From Octopus vulgaris (taxonomy: Eukaryota): a stretch of DNA of 64,000 bases. This document shows positions 27,521 to 40,990 of the stretch, in pieces. The stretch is from contig OX597823.1 in assembly GCA_951406725.2 (NCBI GenBank), positions 69,502,001 to 69,566,000 of the forward strand, written 5' to 3'. Under the pieces are notes generated by a model. It had not been told where the DNA came from. It ran no database searches and saw nothing but the letters and a program-made list of their open reading frames with translations. The position numbers were made by a program, and so were the translations under genes. Position 1 is the stretch's first letter. Every line of letters starts with the position of its first letter.

Positions 27521-28492
27521 TGCAATAATGAGAACTCTAGTTCGATCTCATTGCATCTTGTCCAATTATCATTTTCATTTTCATCTTCTCAGTCTATCCG
27601 AGACTAAAGAATATGGTTACACGTTAAATCAATGAACTTCATAGATCAGTTTGATCGAACAGCTGAAAACTAATGGTCAAAAACTCTTCCCAAGATCCAT
27701 TATTGTCTATGTGTGTATGCTTGTGTGTCGATGTGCGTGAGTGTGTGGTTGAGTATGTATGTACAAGTTTATTTGTATGTTAGTATGCCTGCCTGTGGTC
27801 GGTATGTCTGTAGGCGTGAGTGTGTGGGTGAGCGTATGTGTTTGTATCTGCTTGTTTATGCATTTGCAGGACGAATATCTGTTTACATGGATAATTTATG
27901 TTTTACAGTATGTAGCATATTGATTTTATACTGTTAGACATGATAACTGATAAGGCATCGTAAAATTAGATACCACTTCACTAGATATCCTGTTTAAATA
28001 TTGGTTTGAAGAAATGGCGTTCAGTATTGATAACATCAAAATGTTAAAATTACAAAATGTTTGTTTGTCATTTTTCATGTTTATCAATATTTTATATATA
28101 AAATTTGATTATATGTTAAATTAATGCATATATAAAAGCCCTAAGCTGTATTCATAATAGTTTCTTTTTTGAAAGACAATTTGTATGATATGGAGACAAA
28201 TATATCACAGTGACGAGACTTTATCATAGATATGACATGATTATTTGAAAGCAAGTAGACAAACACACACAGAGATAACTACACACACAAAAATGCAAAA
28301 ACGAATACACATGCCCACATAATAAACATATAAACACGATCCAACGAAGGTGCCTATACTTTGTCGTTCAATGAGATAGCTATACCAGTCAAGTAACCAT
28401 CAAATTACAAGCCACAGATGCGAACATAATGCAGCTTCAAATAAGCAAAAATAAAGAAATAGGCCATCAATATTTTACTTCGAATATTTATG

Positions 28493-28803
28493 TGGAGGCG
28501 CAATGGCTCAGTGGTTAGGGCAGCGGTCTCGCAGTTTAGGATCGCCGTTTCGATTACCAGACCGGGCGTTGTGAGTGTTTATTGAGCGAAAAGACCTAAT
28601 GTTCCACGAGGCTCCAGCAAGGGGTGGTGGCGATCCCTGCTGTACTCTTTCGCCACAACTTTCCCTCACTCTTTCTTCTGTTGGTCTGCTCGCTTAGCCA
28701 GCAGGGTGGCGTCATTTGAAGGCTAAAACAATGCGAAGCGCATTGTTACCAGCGATGTGTAGCAACATCTGATAGCCTGGTCGGTCATGATGATCACGGT
28801 GAT
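28493..28803 (+). mobile_element. tRNA-derived SINE (shared head, tail type C)
   Basis: Same head as the 6189 copy, then a CTGCTCGCTTAGCCAGC...GGTCGGTCA..GATCACGGTGAT tail, which also occurs alone at 40816-40935. Confidence 0.88.
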
Positions 28804-29966
28804 TTATCATCACAATACTGCTTCAAGAGGAGTTATCTACAGTTAAACAACTACGCGTACACATAAACAGATACCCACGCTGGAATGCTAGAGCGCGGGA
28901 AAAATTGCTTTCGATAATTTGGTACGTGTGTATGGATATGTATGTGGTTGTGTGTTCTTACATTCCTCTGTGTGTGTATGTGTGCGTGTGGTTACGCTTG
29001 CGTGCGTGTGCATGTGTATGTTTATCCACGTGTGCACGTGTACGTGTGCATGTGTGTTGGTGCCTGTCTGCGCGTGCGCGTGGGTGTCTATGGTTGTGTT
29101 TGGCTGTGTAAATGCCAGGTTCAAATTTATATGTATTCATTTGAAGGGATTTCTGTGTTCTGCCGTCACTTTCTTTATCCCTGCCTAGTATGTACCTACT
29201 TACACCTAAGCGCGTGTGCCCATGCATGTCTTTGTATGAGTACGTGTGTGTCCATACATGTCTGTGTGTGTGTGCGTGTGAGTGTATGTGTGTGTGTGTG
29301 TGTGGTTGTGTCTTTCTGTGTGTGTTTACGTGTGCGCCTGTGTGTGTGTGTGCCTTCCTGTGTGCATGTGTGCGTGGACATGTATTACTGTGTATTGGAA
29401 CTGTTCATAGCTATGTATATTTATTTGTATGGATTACATCAAATAAGACATGCACTCGGTGTTATACGAATATATGAGTGTGAGTCAATAATTAAAGTTA
29501 ATAGATTAGGAAATCATTAGTGAAAGGAAACAGATCATTGAACACAATTTTTCTTTGGACTAAACAGAAATCCGGTGCAACCAGTGTTAACATAACAGCA
29601 ACAACTCAACGGCATCGTAATGGCTCAACCGTGGCCATGTCTACTGCTGCGTACAAAACTTGTTTTACCGTCAATAAATATATATTCTCAAGTCATTGCA
29701 GCTAATTAGTAACCCATTCTCGTATATTAGATATACAGTGTATGCTACTTACGAAGTTCAATGACAAAGAAATACGTACTTGCCAAAGCTACTACCGCTG
29801 CTGAACAATTTTCATTCGTTGCTAAAATATTTATCTGTATGTTAACGTTACACTTCTATAAGAGATACTACCTAGAGACAAATAACACAGTTTCTTAGGC
29901 TTACGACGAAATGCCTGCTTTAAATATGACACAAACACACACGCGTTTCTAGACAGAAATCATCGC

Positions 29967-30114
29967 TATTATCTTTTATCTTTTACTTGTTTCCATCATT
30001 CGACTGCGATCATGCTGGGGCATCGCCTCGAAGTGTTTTAGTCGATTGAATCATTCCTAGTACTTATTTGTGCTAAATTACATGTACGTAAACATACCAA
30101 CACTGATTTTCACA

Positions 30115-30159
<45 letters not shown>

Positions 30160-30404
30160 GTACATATTTCTGTCTGTGTATCTTCGTATCCGTGTTTGTT
30201 CCCATTCTGCCATCACTTGACAACCGATGTTAGTATGTTTACGTCTCGTAACTTAGTGGTGTTCGGCAAAAATGACCGATATAATAAGTACAAGGCTTAC
30301 AAAGAATAAGTCCCGGGGTCGATTTTTTTTAATGAAATCCCTACAAGCGGTGCTCCAACATGGTCAGATTCAAATGACTTGAAACAAGTAAAAAGGTAAA
30401 AGAA
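29967..30404. mobile_element. Two partial 3' ends of the microsatellite-containing SINE in opposite orientation (29967-30068 minus; 30170-30404 plus)
   Basis: CATGCTGGGGCATCGCC...CTAGTACTTAT on the minus-strand copy; TTGACAACCGATG...GCGGTGCTCCAACATGG on the plus-strand copy. Confidence 0.75.
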
Positions 30405-31245
30405 TTAGAGAAATGCAAATATTTTCGCCTCAATTATTTACGTTCCAAATTTTGTCCTCTACATCAAACGTTGTTTGATACTACAGAAATTGCTTTTAGA
30501 CTCTCTGAAAACAGGTGTAACACTAATTTTATTAAACACAAACAAACCAAAACTGCTTTTGAAGAGCGATTTCCTTAGACAATATATAGATTTAGTTGTT
30601 TCTTTATGACACCTGGTACAATAAAAGAAATACAATCAAATGATATAAAACTTTTAAGGAAAGAGGTTCCTGGTGTTTGTACAGTAGTCACATGTGCTCT
30701 AGAAACTAGTTGGCGACTCGTCAGACATGTGAATAGATACAGGAAATTTTCCAAAATTTTAAAAATATAATGATGATGATAATAATAATAATAATAATAA
30801 TGGAAAACACAATAATAACCAATAAACAGGAAGACATCAGTTTTTTTTCTTCGCATGTGTTACAGACTTTAACTTAATAATGGTATCGAAAGAATTTTAG
30901 TAAGCGAAAGACAAAACAAATAACAAAAAAATATGTATGAATGCTTTTAAGAAAAGAGAGACAGAAAGAGAAAATGTCTGTGTGCAAGGATGTTATGATG
31001 GAGAAAATAAAATTATTCAAGGGAGAATATATATGTGTATGAGCGTGTGTGTGTGTGTGTGTGTCTACGTGTCTGTGTGTGTGTGTGTGTGTCTTTATAC
31101 ATATATATGGATATATATGCAAATACATACATATATGTGTGTGTGTATATATATATTGTTATGTTTTGAGATGGTCATTTTGTTTTTGATAAATAAACAC
31201 AGACACAATATATACTCGTTCTCTTGCAACAGAGATTCATAAATG

Positions 31246-31285
<40 letters not shown>

Positions 31286-31307
31286 TATATATATTGATAT
31301 ATGTTCA

Positions 31308-31352
<45 letters not shown>

Positions 31353-31385
31353 ATATATTTATACATATCTATGTATGTATGTATG

Positions 31386-31432
<47 letters not shown>

Positions 31433-33264
31433 ATACATTATGTACATCTAATCTCTACTTTTTCAGTCTGCTGCTCAACGGGACTGAATGTAGCACGATG
31501 TTGCTGCAAAGCAAGCTTCTGAATAACACAGCTATGTCTGCGTCTATATACATTCACATGTATGTGTGTGTATGCATATGTCAAAGAAACTGCTCTGGTA
31601 TTTCCGAAAGATGAATATGTATGTTTGAGTTGAGAAGGAAAAGAAAAAATGTTGCATTTGAGGTTGTATGTCTTTGTGAGTATGGTTGAGTATATATGCG
31701 TGTACGTATATGTTTGTCACTGATAAGACTATGTTCTCAGGAGAAAGTGTATGATTTTAAATGAGATATAGATAAGGGTAAGATCTAGAGCACGAGTGAA
31801 AAAGATATATATGCGAGAAAAATTATGTATATAAGACTGTGCCTTTAACTATATGTGGAGATGATTGGTATCAGAACTGTTTGTATGTGTGATAAAGGAA
31901 TCAGTAGAGAGAAAGGGATAGACAGACACAGAAAGTGAGAGAGAGGTGAGGGACTGCGATGGTAGTCAAAAATAGTGAGGGTGAAGACCGACAAGAAAAT
32001 ATTGAAGAATAAGTCTAAAATTTACACCATGAAATAAAATTGCTTAAAATAGGAAAGAAATAGTTGTTTCTGACACTTTTGATCTTACCGATCATATATT
32101 ATGACTGGTCTTAGTGGCCGGATACCAGAAATAACGGCTTCCCTGTCGGATTTTAATAGTTTTGTTGTCTTTTTTCCCTCTTTTTTTTTGCAGAAAAACA
32201 CCATTTAATTTGATGATTGTCTGAACGGTTGCCATTGCTTGAATGTAATTGAACGCACGGCTTCTCTCTCCACACTCCCTCTCCCCTCTCTCATTCACTC
32301 TTTCTTTTATATCTCTCTTCCTCTCTTATTCCCAATAGCTGCTTTTAGCTTTGTCTTGTCTTCCTCTCCTCCTCTCTCTCATTTTCTCCCTTTCCTTCTC
32401 GATTTATCTCAACAATGGACACACTAACAATCTTTTGAATGAAGCAATCTTATTTTATTTAAAATATTTATTGAGCAAAAAGCAGGAATTTTTCGTTTTT
32501 ATTTATAGAAAATATTTGATTCACAAACGCTATTTTGTGTTTTCCACATATTTTTATGCAAAGTCAAATTCTTTATAAATTTATGTGCGCGCGCATGTAT
32601 GTGTGCATTATATATCTATATCTATCTATCCAAATATTCATATATATATACATACACATGCTCGCACACAAACATAGTCACACTTGAAGCAGCATTACAT
32701 TAGAACACAGTATATATTACTTTTAATGTAGATACAAAAGTAGACAAGTGCTAACTAAAATATTTAGTCTCAGAGAAATTTTACTGAGAAACTTGTATGT
32801 TAAGAAACAAAACAGAAGTCTTTTTGAAAACATTCTTTTCTGAAACAATAATATTATGTCTAGCTCCCTTATGAATTTGTATATACGTACATCATAAATG
32901 CAATAAATATCGTTTTAAATATATGTACAGACATGACAGAAGTAAACAGACACCCCATAAAACATCGTTTTAGGCTTATTCTAATTTGTAAAGACGTATA
33001 TTCTTCTATTATTTGACATTTTTATGAGACTGTTTAATCATGCCATATACAAAAGAAGCCTTGGAACTGTCTGAATTTTAAAGAGGCCATATTGTGGGTC
33101 AATCTGGGATCCCGTCTTCTACAGCTAATAGAGTGATTGTTCAATTCACCAGATAGGGGAAGGAATCCACATCAGCTTGCCCAGGTTGACCAGAGCGCTC
33201 TGACAGGACTCTTCTTTTTGTCAAGGTAATTGTGGAGGACAGTCACTTTATGTTGGTAAATGGT

Positions 33265-33317
<53 letters not shown>

Positions 33318-33323
<6 letters not shown>

Positions 33324-34018
33324 CAAAATGAGGGTGAAAAATTGGATATTAAATTGATAACATCAGTTTTAACACCAGTGGTCTAGCATATAAAAAAACT
33401 GAGATTCAGTAAATAGTATTTCATACATAAATATAAGAAGGAATTTTTTAAACTACTATGTGGAAACCCTTATGCTAGAAGATCCGCTATGGTCTCAACC
33501 ACTAAGAATTGTTCTCCAGAAAATTTAGCACACCAGAAACGTAAGTTTGATGTTATCAAATTAATATCCAGTTTTTCACCCTCATTTTGATTTTAATTTT
33601 AAATTAATACGTTCTCAAACCGGCGAAAACTACTGCAGTGAATAATTTATGCAGTATTTATTTCCGGTAATCTAGCGCGCCTAAACGAAGACTTTTGAAA
33701 ATAACCGCAAATATAATAGGTGGAACTACATGCATTTTCGACTTCGTGTTGATATCTGGTGTGAAGTTCTACAAATTATATCTTACAAAGAGATTCACAC
33801 TGACGATCTACAGATAAGTTGTGTGTAAGTAAAATTACGTAATTTATTGATAGTGAAACAATTATTTGTAATTAATCTATATTTTTGTTATTTTTCATTT
33901 GTGTTGCTCGCTTAGGTTTCTGGTGTGCTAAATTTTCTGGAGAACAATTCTTAGTGGTTGAGACCATAGCGGAACTTCTAGTATAAGGGTTTCCACATAG
34001 TGGTTAAAACATTCCCTC

Positions 34019-34021
<3 letters not shown>
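33318..34021 (+). mobile_element. PLE-like non-coding element with interleaved inverted repeats A-B-A'-B', inserted in (TA)n
   Basis: A (33318-33365) versus A' (33548-33595): 48 bp, 2 mismatches. B (about 33431-33545) versus B' (33911-34021): ~110 bp, few mismatches. Contains an HHR motif. Confidence 0.8.
33791..33878 (+). ncRNA. Type I hammerhead ribozyme motif with long stem II and damaged stem I
   Basis: CTGACGA at 33800-33806; long stem II (ATAAGTTGTGT pairs with ACGTAATTTAT using GU pairs, plus CTA/TAG); GAAA at 33855; stem III ACAA-ttat-TTGT; cleavage triplet GTA ending at 33870. Distal stem I AGATT/AATCT pairs, but the proximal stem I does not. Confidence 0.55.
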
Positions 34022-34052
<31 letters not shown>

Positions 34053-36028
34053 CGTGTCCATTTACAAGTGGAATTGCAATGGCAAATTCTATAAGGTAAC
34101 TGAATGAGCTATACGTTGGTTACGAGTTCAAATTGTCTATTGGGATTACATTGCGTTTCTATACATGAGAAATGATGGTATACCGTCCGAATTTATTTAA
34201 GCTTTTGAGAGTCGTACCAGAATATATGAAAATGTTCAATTTCATATCGGTATCTACTAATGGTTGAAGATCCTTTAGTCACCGATTCTTATTACAGTCT
34301 GCAAGTCTGGTTTGTTCCAATGTTACTCCACATCAAGCAAATTTATGACTAAATGCGTTCCAACCGTGACTATCCTATCATTTATATACATGTAGAATTA
34401 ATTTGTCCAACGTCCTTCTTTCATTACATCATAGAGGCATAATGATATAACAGCATGCGTATGTATACGTGTGTGTCTATGGTTGTGTGTGAGAGTGACA
34501 CATGGAGAAAAAGTGAGTGAGAACCATCTGAAGCCGAAAACTGAAGACATTCACTATTTGGGGGACTCAGTATGCAAGCTGATAAATGTATCGTGTCAAC
34601 AGAAATGCATTTATACAAAGAAGGTGAGTAGTCAGAAACATTCAGGAAATCTGAGTAACAGAAGGCCTTGAAAGAAGAGCTCATCCCCTTGCCTCTTGCA
34701 ATCGTTTCGACTCTTAACTCCTTACACTCTAAGGCGGCCCGGCCGCATCCAACTCATTATGCCTTGATACACCTCACCTTCTACATTATATGGTTCTGTT
34801 TTGCATTCCACATTCTATGGTACTGTTTGCATTGAATTGCAAACCTCTTGGATGTTTGAGGTGCTCCAGAACAAAGGAGCCTCTTGAGTTGTATCCAGTT
34901 TAGTCGAAGACACCACTTGACCGGAGGGGAAATGGTACTTTTTGAAATTTTTGAATGAAAGAAGCATTTTTACTAGATAATGAAATATATACCAGATTTG
35001 AATACCACAGCAACAGGTGAGTTGTACCCTCGAAAAACCTATGGCAATTTAGGAGCTGTGCCACTGACAAAACTATATCGCTAACGATCTTTTACAACTA
35101 GAGAGCTGTAATAATGAGAGAAATGTGCCAACTTGGATTATCCGTCGGTGAGAAAGATGTTATAACTGAAGTGCTCTGTCCTCGAAAGAACTATTTTATC
35201 CCGGGAGTTGTGCAAACGAGGGAGCTTTACCAAGTACGGTGTTGACAATTAACAAGAAAGACTTTTATTAGTAACATTTCAGGCTGGAAAAAAATCAACA
35301 AAATTTCCTACTAATCGCACTCTACCATATTAAAAAATGCACACGTTTCGATACAAGGTCAGATGCTCTTAGCCATGATGCTAATGGCTATCAGCTCGCT
35401 TGCTCGAGATCTGAGCTAAAATAATAGCACCAACATCAACAACTGATCCAAATTAATCGCAAGACTTGCCAGGCGATCCTCTAATCCTAATTTTAAAAGT
35501 GTCGCTTTTGTTTTATTGTGAAAGCTTTTCGTATCGTTATTGGGTTAGACTCTGCTACACACGAGTGGAAAAAAATTAAAATACTCTGTTAAACTTTTTA
35601 TTTGATGCTTTTCACTTGCAGATCCTACTTATTACAGAAAGAATAATGCTTAAATTGCATGATTTCAAAGCTGATGTCGACTAAATGACTCGCGAACACT
35701 AACAGACGTGAGGTTTAAAAACACATAACGTGATTTCGATAACGAAACAGAGATTGAGGATGAATTATTGGTGCAATTTACTCTTAAAACAAAACTGATT
35801 TATAGGTAACCTTAGAAAAGAAAAAAGGTCAAAAACATGAGCAGAACAGTAAAAAAATTTCTATAAACCTTTTTAAAATATAGCTCGTGTTTGATACGTT
35901 ATACTGAATACGTTCCAATGAAGAAATCATTTACCGTAGTTAAAAATGCTATTTATATTGGCTTGAATTTAGAAATATATTTTTTTAAGGAAAACGAAGC
36001 TCATGTGTGTGCGCGCGCGCGTGTGTGT

Positions 36029-36067
<39 letters not shown>

Positions 36068-36433
36068 TGTATCTATGTCTGTATGTGCGTGTGTGCATGC
36101 ATATGTGTATGTACTTATGTGTGTATAGTGCAGCAAACTTATTGTCTTCTTTCTGTCTTGTCTTTATATCACACATAAGTAAGATGATGGTTGAACAATA
36201 TTTTGGTTGCTTAGACAAGACATTATCATATGCGCACACAATTATTTATCTTTCTTCATGTCTTTCGCTCTGATGGTCTCTCGTTTCTCTCTCCCTCTCC
36301 CCTCCACACGCATACATACACAAATGAATACATCATGATTCTATCTAGCTATCCATCTATCTAGCTACATACATATATACATGTGTGTCTGTATGATTGC
36401 TGCTTTGTGTGCATATACTTATATATGTGTGTC

Positions 36434-36469
<36 letters not shown>

Positions 36470-36495
36470 TGTATGTATGTATGTATGTATGTATG

Positions 36496-36543
<48 letters not shown>

Positions 36544-39334
36544 TATATACACATACATATGGATATGTTTGCTTGGAAGTATGTATATATTTATATATGT
36601 ATGTACATGGACGAGTGTGTATATTTGTGTGTGTTCGTGTGTATAGTCTAATGAATGGCTTCCACCTGTCTGACCAGACGTTCAGACGTTCGTATATAAA
36701 TCAATTGCAGACCGAGATTTTTTATGTTATTTAATAGATAAGAAAAATTGAGATACAACTCAGTGCATCTATTTTGACATATGAAGATTTATGTCTCACT
36801 GTGGCGTCTATTTACAATCTTAGGACAGTGAGTATTTTATCAAAGTCATGTAATAATATCTTATATCAAAATATTCGCCACAGTTCAGCGGATATCGGAG
36901 TTTATATGTGATGTAGAATAAAAATTCTGCAATCTCTGCTGAAATTTATAGACACATATATATTATTTAGACTAAAGTACCACAGCTGATGAAGAGCGGT
37001 AGTACGTTGCTTTCCTGGTTGATGACTACATAGTGTTTCTTCCATTCTTCCATCGTAAATAAATAGTGCTATGTTATTTAGATAGAAAAGAATAGAGTCC
37101 ATGACAGTCTCAGTAAAAATTGATTTGAGAAGCCCAGTAAGTTTCATCACTTTGTGGGGTGTTATTAGTCTAAATAGGCGCTACTAATACGTACAATAAA
37201 TTGGTTATATGAAATCTCTTAAGAGAGTTTTGAAATGCTTCATTTGAGCTCAAGTTTTTAAACATGATAAATAATTAAAGAAGACCTTAGAGACTAACTT
37301 TCATTGAGTTACTAACCGAAATTAATTTTCTATGAATGCATGTTCATATAAATCAGAAAGAGCTAAATTCTAACCCAGAAATGTAGCTCTTTCATTGGAA
37401 TGTAGGCAACAACAGTTATTCATGTATATGTATCTGTGTATGTGGAAACGCATGGATGACGTTGGATAAAGGGGTCTGTATGTTTTTGATATTTGTATGA
37501 CTACATATGTTTGTATGTCTATATCTGTTTATATTTAGCTACTACAGTTTAACTTCCTGCAATTCTTTCTTTTTTTTACCTATTTTATCAGTAGTTCTAA
37601 TTGTAACAAACTATACATTCTCAACAGGCAGGGTCACCCATGTTTTGAGAAACTCAATTTCTCAAGTATTTATTCATATTGTACATGAAACCTATACCCG
37701 GATTCCAGTAATTTCTGGTATTTTTCATCTTCAAAAAGAAGATTTTGTAGCGTTTAGGTTTTTAGACCAAATATAATTAATGCGGCTTTTAATTAAATGG
37801 CGCTGGTATGTTGATAATGATTTTTTTCAAAATTGTGTGTAAAAATTGCGAGCAATATTGTGCATAGTTCCTTCAAATTCTGACTAATCTTCTCTGTACA
37901 CTGTGTTCTCTGTTCATTTTCGGTTGCTTCTCGGGTGTAGTAATTTAATCCATCGTTTATATTAATTAGAATAACTAGATTTCAGTTAATTCCCTTTAAT
38001 TCCTTCAAATGTGCTCGCTGGTAATTTTCATTTTGGAACATGATAAAAAACATAAATGATAAGGCAGAAATATATGACAAATGGATGAACTCAACACCAT
38101 TAATTCTTCCACGTAAAATACAAATCAAACCAATCCCAGAGGAACCTGAACAAAGATATCTTAGGGTGAAATTAGCGCTAGAGGAAATGAAAATATAAAT
38201 TGAGCTTCTTGAACTCATAGTATAGAATAAAGAACAAATATATAAAACTATCGATGAAGAAATGAACACCGAACTCACAAAACATGCTGATGAGCAACTT
38301 TTGGAAAGTGTTATCAAACTAAGGAAAGATAACTGTGAATCGGAATAAACAAATTCCCTTCAGCAATGAGAAAACAGTGTTAGTTTCTTCCATAGTAACG
38401 AAACTTAGCTTAAAAGAGTCTACAGCTCAGATAATCCCCCCCCCCCGAAAATATCTAGAACAAATACATGTAGGAAATAAATAAACATCCAACTAGATCA
38501 AACTATAAATATAAAAAAAAACACAAACACACAAAACTAACTTCTTGCTTGGAAGTAAACCGTTCTCAATCTAGGAATAGGAAAAAACTCGCAAATAAGA
38601 AATACTAGAAGAAATCAACCCAAATTTAGGCGTAATTATTTCTTCCCAGCAATTAGAAATATCCAAGGGAGTTCTATCTCTCATCGAAGAAACTCGATCT
38701 GCGAAATCCAGCCTATTTAACCAGACAGGAAAACCAACCCCTCAGCATCACAAACATAATTAAAAGTCCTGACCATTTATACCAACAAAGGACCTCAAAC
38801 CACGTAATTCCAATCAATTTACCCAGACAGCAAAACCAGCCTGCCGGAAATCTTAATATCATACAGGAGAAACCCAAAGTAATAAAATTATCAAAGAAAA
38901 CTCTCTCTGCAACAAAAGTCGGTATAGTAACTAAAGGATTCAAATTTACCCCAGCCCCACGAAGATCTAACCAGAAGGAAATTAATGGCAATATTTTGGA
39001 ATGCTGCAGAAACCTACGACTCAAAGAAACACTAGCTGACTACAACGAGAAGCAATTATCTTCCACCTAAGGGTAGGAATAAAACACTAGATGACTTCTG
39101 CGACCATATCCAAAATTTCACAAATACTTTCCACAAGCCAAAAATATATTCAAACCTCAACAATTTAGAATGGAAAAATCTAATTGAACTGCAAAATGAC
39201 GAAGAACTGACAATTAAAGAAGCAGACAAAGGAGGTGCTGTAATACTGATGGACACGGAATACTACAAAAACCTTGTCTTTTATCATGCTAGAAAACGAC
39301 ACCTTCTACGAAAATGTTGTAAACTATAAACAAC

Positions 39335-39526
39335 TAGGTGTAGGAGTGGCTTCTAGGCATAGGAGTGGCTGTGTGGTAAGAAGCTTGCTTCCAAACCACA
39401 TCGTTACGGGTTCAGCCCCTTTACGTGGAACCATGGGCAAATATCTTCTACTATAACCTCGTGCCGACCAAAGCCTTGTGAGTGGATTTGGTAGACGGTA
39501 ACTGAGAGAAACCTGTTCTATATATA

Positions 39527-39584
<58 letters not shown>

Positions 39585-39808
39585 ATATTTATGTGTGTGT
39601 CTCTATCTGTCCCCCTACCATCGCTTAACAACCGATGTTGGTGAGTATATGTCCCCATAACCTGAGCAGTGCGGCAAAAGAGACCGATAGAATAAGTACT
39701 AGACTAAGAAAGAATAAGTCTTGGGGTCGATTTGTTCGATAAAATTCGGTGCCCCAGCATGGCCGTAGTCAAATGACTGAAACAAGAAGTAGAATTTAAA
39801 AAGATAAA
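39335..39808 (+). mobile_element. Microsatellite-containing SINE inserted in the PLE RT region
   Basis: Full family profile with internal (AT)n and a duplicated first ~17 nt of the head. PLE peptide motifs resume on both sides. Confidence 0.9.
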
Positions 39809-40667
39809 TAAAAACAAAGCAATGAAAAACCTTGCATCCTTAATTCATCGACATGCAAAAGGCCAGACAGAAAAAGAAATAGAAAATATCACGAACTGTA
39901 AATGCAAACCTAGTATTACTTTACGGCCTACCTTACATACACAAGAACAAGATAGTTAATGAAGCCAAGTCTGCAAACAATCACCAGGCAAATACATAAG
40001 TATGCTAGCGCCAAAAAATTTAAAGTTACGACACATTGTAGTTGACCAAGCCTGTAAAACCCACCGTCTAAGCAATTTTCTAGACATCCTACTGAAACCC
40101 TTGCTGAAATACACCAAAAGTTACATTAGAGACGATCTAGATATGCTTGAATCCCTGCCAAAAACAACTAATGAACAGACATTATTGGATTCCTTCAATG
40201 TTATTAAGTAATCCTAAGAAATTCCTGAACGCTTAAACCAGATTTTTATTACTCAAATTTTAATATAGCACATAGTGAGATGCGCAGGCAATATCCAACC
40301 AAACTTCACAGTTTTCACCATCTACCAGTGCAAAGAAATAAGTTTAAATAAAGAAAGTTTATTTATCGAAAAAATACAGAAAACGCCTAAATATGACCGC
40401 ACAACTGACTTTGGTCTCAACATATATTTTAATTCATAATCACATACCCATCATTGTACATATTTCATCTTACTACTTTAACTTTTGAGTTTTGTGTGTA
40501 TTTATTTATCCTTCCACCAAAAATTAGCAATTACCTCCCTATCCCCAATAATAACCATCCCCATTTACCTCCCCTCAGATTTTTCTATTTGTCTATTCAT
40601 TCCTAAACTTCCTTCCCAAAATATGGACTAAAATCTTAAGAAAATATGAAAATAATATAATTTTAAG

Positions 40668-40698
40668 GTCATGATTAACGAAAGAGAAACCAGTCGAC
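40668..40698 (+). ncRNA. Decayed minimal hammerhead motif at the PLE 3' end
   Basis: gtc-ATGATTA-acgaaaga-GAAA-ccag-TC-gac: stem I gtc/gac is intact, with two substitutions relative to the CTGATGA core. Confidence 0.4.
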
Positions 40699-40763
40699 AC
40701 AGTACTCTTTCACTTACAAAATATATTTAAAAATATATTAAAACTATGTAAACTGTGTACATT

Positions 40764-40815
<52 letters not shown>

Positions 40816-40819
<4 letters not shown>

Positions 40820-40935
40820 CCTGCTCGCTTAGCCAGCGGGGTGGCGTCATTCGACGGCTAAAACAATGCGAACGCATTGTGATCAGCGATATGTAACTAC
40901 ATTTGATGGACTGGTCGGTCACGTGATCACGTGAT
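40816..40935 (+). mobile_element. Isolated type C tail (5'-truncated SINE or partner LINE 3' end)
   Basis: Matches 28681-28803 and ends in (CACGTGAT)x2. Confidence 0.8.
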
Positions 40936-40941
40936 ACATAC

Positions 40942-40990
<49 letters not shown>

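Larger units (their letters stand above)
37900..40765 (+). mobile_element. Degraded, internally deleted Penelope-like element (RT motifs, end of ORF, 3' UTR)
   Basis: IKEADKGGAVILMD at 39213, YGLPYIHK at 39922, LRHIV..LSNFLDILLKPLLKYTKSYIRD, and LDSFNV (SFDV-like). After the deletion, a C-terminal KESLFIEK motif lies near 40350. The 5' boundary is uncertain. Confidence 0.85.

Noticed and set aside
34500-35021. GTGAGT donor sites at about 34624 and 35016 as exon ends
   Set aside because: No convincing acceptor or peptide. The HYLGDSV peptide near 34550 looks more like an eroded RTE fragment.
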